The notes beneath the pieces are model-generated. The model was not told the origin of the DNA, searched no databases, and saw only the letters and a program-made list of their open reading frames with translations. The position numbers and the translations under genes are program-made. Source: Centroscyllium fabricii (lineage: Eukaryota). Taken from it: 64,000 nucleotides of DNA. This document shows, piece by piece, positions 62,141 to 64,000 of this stretch. The stretch covers positions 10,230,001 through 10,294,000 of the forward strand of contig JBNRSN020000008.1 in the NCBI GenBank assembly GCA_051313645.2, given 5' to 3'. Within the stretch, counting starts at the first letter, position 1, and every line of letters starts with the position of its first letter.

Positions 62141-64000
62141 TATTTAATAATGTCCTTGTCTGGTAACTTTTTGCAATGGGACGCGTGGATCCAAGTCGGT
62201 CTTTCCTTGACTTTAACAGCCGTATTGGTCGTCAGGAGTACTTGATATGGACCTTCAAAGCGGGGCCGTAGTCCGTTTTTTCTTTTGAAGACCTTTACAT
62301 ATACATTGTCTCCAGGTTCTAAGCTATGACACTTTCCTTCTGCTGGTTCCGTTTGTGCTTCCTTTACCTGTCGGTGAAAGCTGGAAATACATTTGGTTAA
62401 TGCAATGCAATAATTCAACATATTTTCATCCATTTTATGGATGTCCATTTGCTTAATCGTAAGGGGCGCGGAAAATGGCAGTCTTAATGGTCGCCCCATA
62501 ACGATCTCATGTGGTGATAGTCCAGTTATCCTGCTGGTTGCTGCTCGCATTATCATTAATGCTAGGGGTAATAACTCGACCCATTTAAGTCCAGTCTCAT
62601 GACAAAGTTTAGAAAGTTTATTCTTTAATACCCCGTTGTATCTTTCTACCAATCCTGCCGACTGGGGGTGGTAGCTACAGTGAAAATGTTGATTGACCTG
62701 TAAGGCTTTGCATAGTTCTTTTATAATAGTTCCAGTAAAGTGTGATCCGTTATCACATGAAAGTTGTGTAGGTATTCCGAACCTTGGTATGACTTCTTTC
62801 AATAAACACTTCGCAACAGTTACAGCATCATTTTTTTTACACGGAAAAGCTTCTACCCATCTTGAAAACATGTCTACAATTACTAATACATATTTAAATC
62901 CGAGACAGGCAGGCAATTCAATAAAATCCATTTGCAAGTTTACAAAAGGGCCTATTGGATTTGGGTGGGAGGCAGCCTTTACTTTCTCTGTTTTGCCTGG
63001 ATTCATTTCTTGGCAAGTGGTGCACCTTTCACTAATTTGTTTTACAATAGTCGTAATCCCTGGTGCATACCATGTCTGATTAATATAGTCTGCCATCCCC
63101 CCTTTGCCCGCATGCGTGAACATGTGAACGCATCGGGCAATCCATGGAAGCAAACATTTGGGAGCTACCATGCGGCCATCATGATGTATCCATACCCCTT
63201 CGGGTGTTTTTAAACAGCAATCCTTAGCCCAACCTAACACTTCATCTGAATCAGCCTGTGACTGAAAAGCTAAAACATCATTAAAAGAAGGTGGGTCATT
63301 ATCTGATTTCTGCTGACGCAGTGCCAAAACTGATACTTGTGGACCTGACCTTGAAAGTGCAGCTGTTTTTGCTGCTTTGTCTGCCCTGCAATTTCCTACA
63401 GATATGTCATCTTGACTCCCTAAATGAGCTTGACATTTTATAACTGAAATTTTAGTGGGGCACATAAGAGCTTTCAGAAGATTTTCAATTTGTTCCGCAT
63501 TTTTAATGTTGGATCCGGAAGACGTAAGAAAACCCCTTAACTTCCAAATCTGTCCATAATCATGGGCGACTCCGAAGGCATACCTCGAATCGGTGTAAAC
63601 ATTGACAGTCTGGCCCGTTGCTAATATGCACGCTCTGGTAAGTGCAAATAATTCTGCTTGTTGTGCTGAAAACGATTGAGGTAACATATTTGCTTCAACG
63701 ATTTGATAGTTGTTTACAATTGCATATCCAGCCTTAGATGTACCCTTATCATCCCTTAAAGCTGACCCGTCAACGTAATATATCAGGTCGCTGTTAGTAA
63801 TGGGAGTTTCAGATAAATCTGTCCGAGGTTTTGTCATTAATTGGGTGATCGTTTTGCAACAATGTGAGATACCGTCTTCTTTCGTTGGCAACAATGTCGC
63901 TGGATTTAAAACTGAACATCTTTTAATCAGAAGGTTTGGGTTCGACAGTAATTCAACTTCATATTTACTGCTGCGGGCTGACGTCAGATGCTGAGTAGCA
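62140..64000 (-). CDS. pol: Endogenous retrovirus Pol (tether, RNase H, integrase), open to the window edge
   Basis: [23 protein letters not shown] RNase H, HMFTH..CTTC, QMDF/CDNG/VER DDE, GPY motif. Confidence 0.95.
   Translation of the reverse strand, partial: ATQHLTSARSSKYEVELLSNPNLLIKRCSVLNPATLLPTKEDGISHCCKTITQLMTKPRTDLSETPITNSDLIYYVDGSALRDDKGTSKAGYAIVNNYQIVEANMLPQSFSAQQAELFALTRACILATGQTVNVYTDSRYAFGVAHDYGQIWKLRGFLTSSGSNIKNAEQIENLLKALMCPTKISVIKCQAHLGSQDDISVGNCRADKAAKTAALSRSGPQVSVLALRQQKSDNDPPSFNDVLAFQSQADSDEVLGWAKDCCLKTPEGVWIHHDGRMVAPKCLLPWIARCVHMFTHAGKGGMADYINQTWYAPGITTIVKQISERCTTCQEMNPGKTEKVKAASHPNPIGPFVNLQMDFIELPACLGFKYVLVIVDMFSRWVEAFPCKKNDAVTVAKCLLKEVIPRFGIPTQLSCDNGSHFTGTIIKELCKALQVNQHFHCSYHPQSAGLVERYNGVLKNKLSKLCHETGLKWVELLPLALMIMRAATSRITGLSPHEIVMGRPLRLPFSAPLTIKQMDIHKMDENMLNYCIALTKCISSFHRQVKEAQTEPAEGKCHSLEPGDNVYVKVFKRKNGLRPRFEGPYQVLLTTNTAVKVKERPTWIHASHCKKLPDKDIIK

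Overview
Eukaryotic, repeat-dominated DNA that is almost certainly from a cartilaginous fish (shark), judging by HE1 and Deu/SacSINE-type SINEs, shark CR1 and Penelope repeats, and the 67-bp satellite. Two host genes can be reconstructed. (1) Eight coding exons of CATIP lie on + (10328-34902); the first exons are not found in the window. (2) A convergent two-exon gene on - (50003-49878 joined to 40282-40094, across a 9.6-kb intron) encodes a divergent, polyadenylated, C-terminally truncated 104-aa histone H2B variant of the intron-containing H2B.K/H2B.N type. This is the most interesting feature. The rest is mobile DNA: a 67-bp satellite with higher-order structure carrying a Gypsy element whose LTRs are mismatched and lack a TSD; Penelope-derived inverted repeats with minimal hammerhead ribozymes; a five-level nested TE cluster (52.1-59.2 kb); many CR1/L2/RTE-X/Tx1 fragments, MITEs and solo LTRs; and the 3' half of a class I (gamma/epsilon-like) endogenous retrovirus with open pol and env. 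Family assignments come from recalled motifs and reading by eye, not from database searches.
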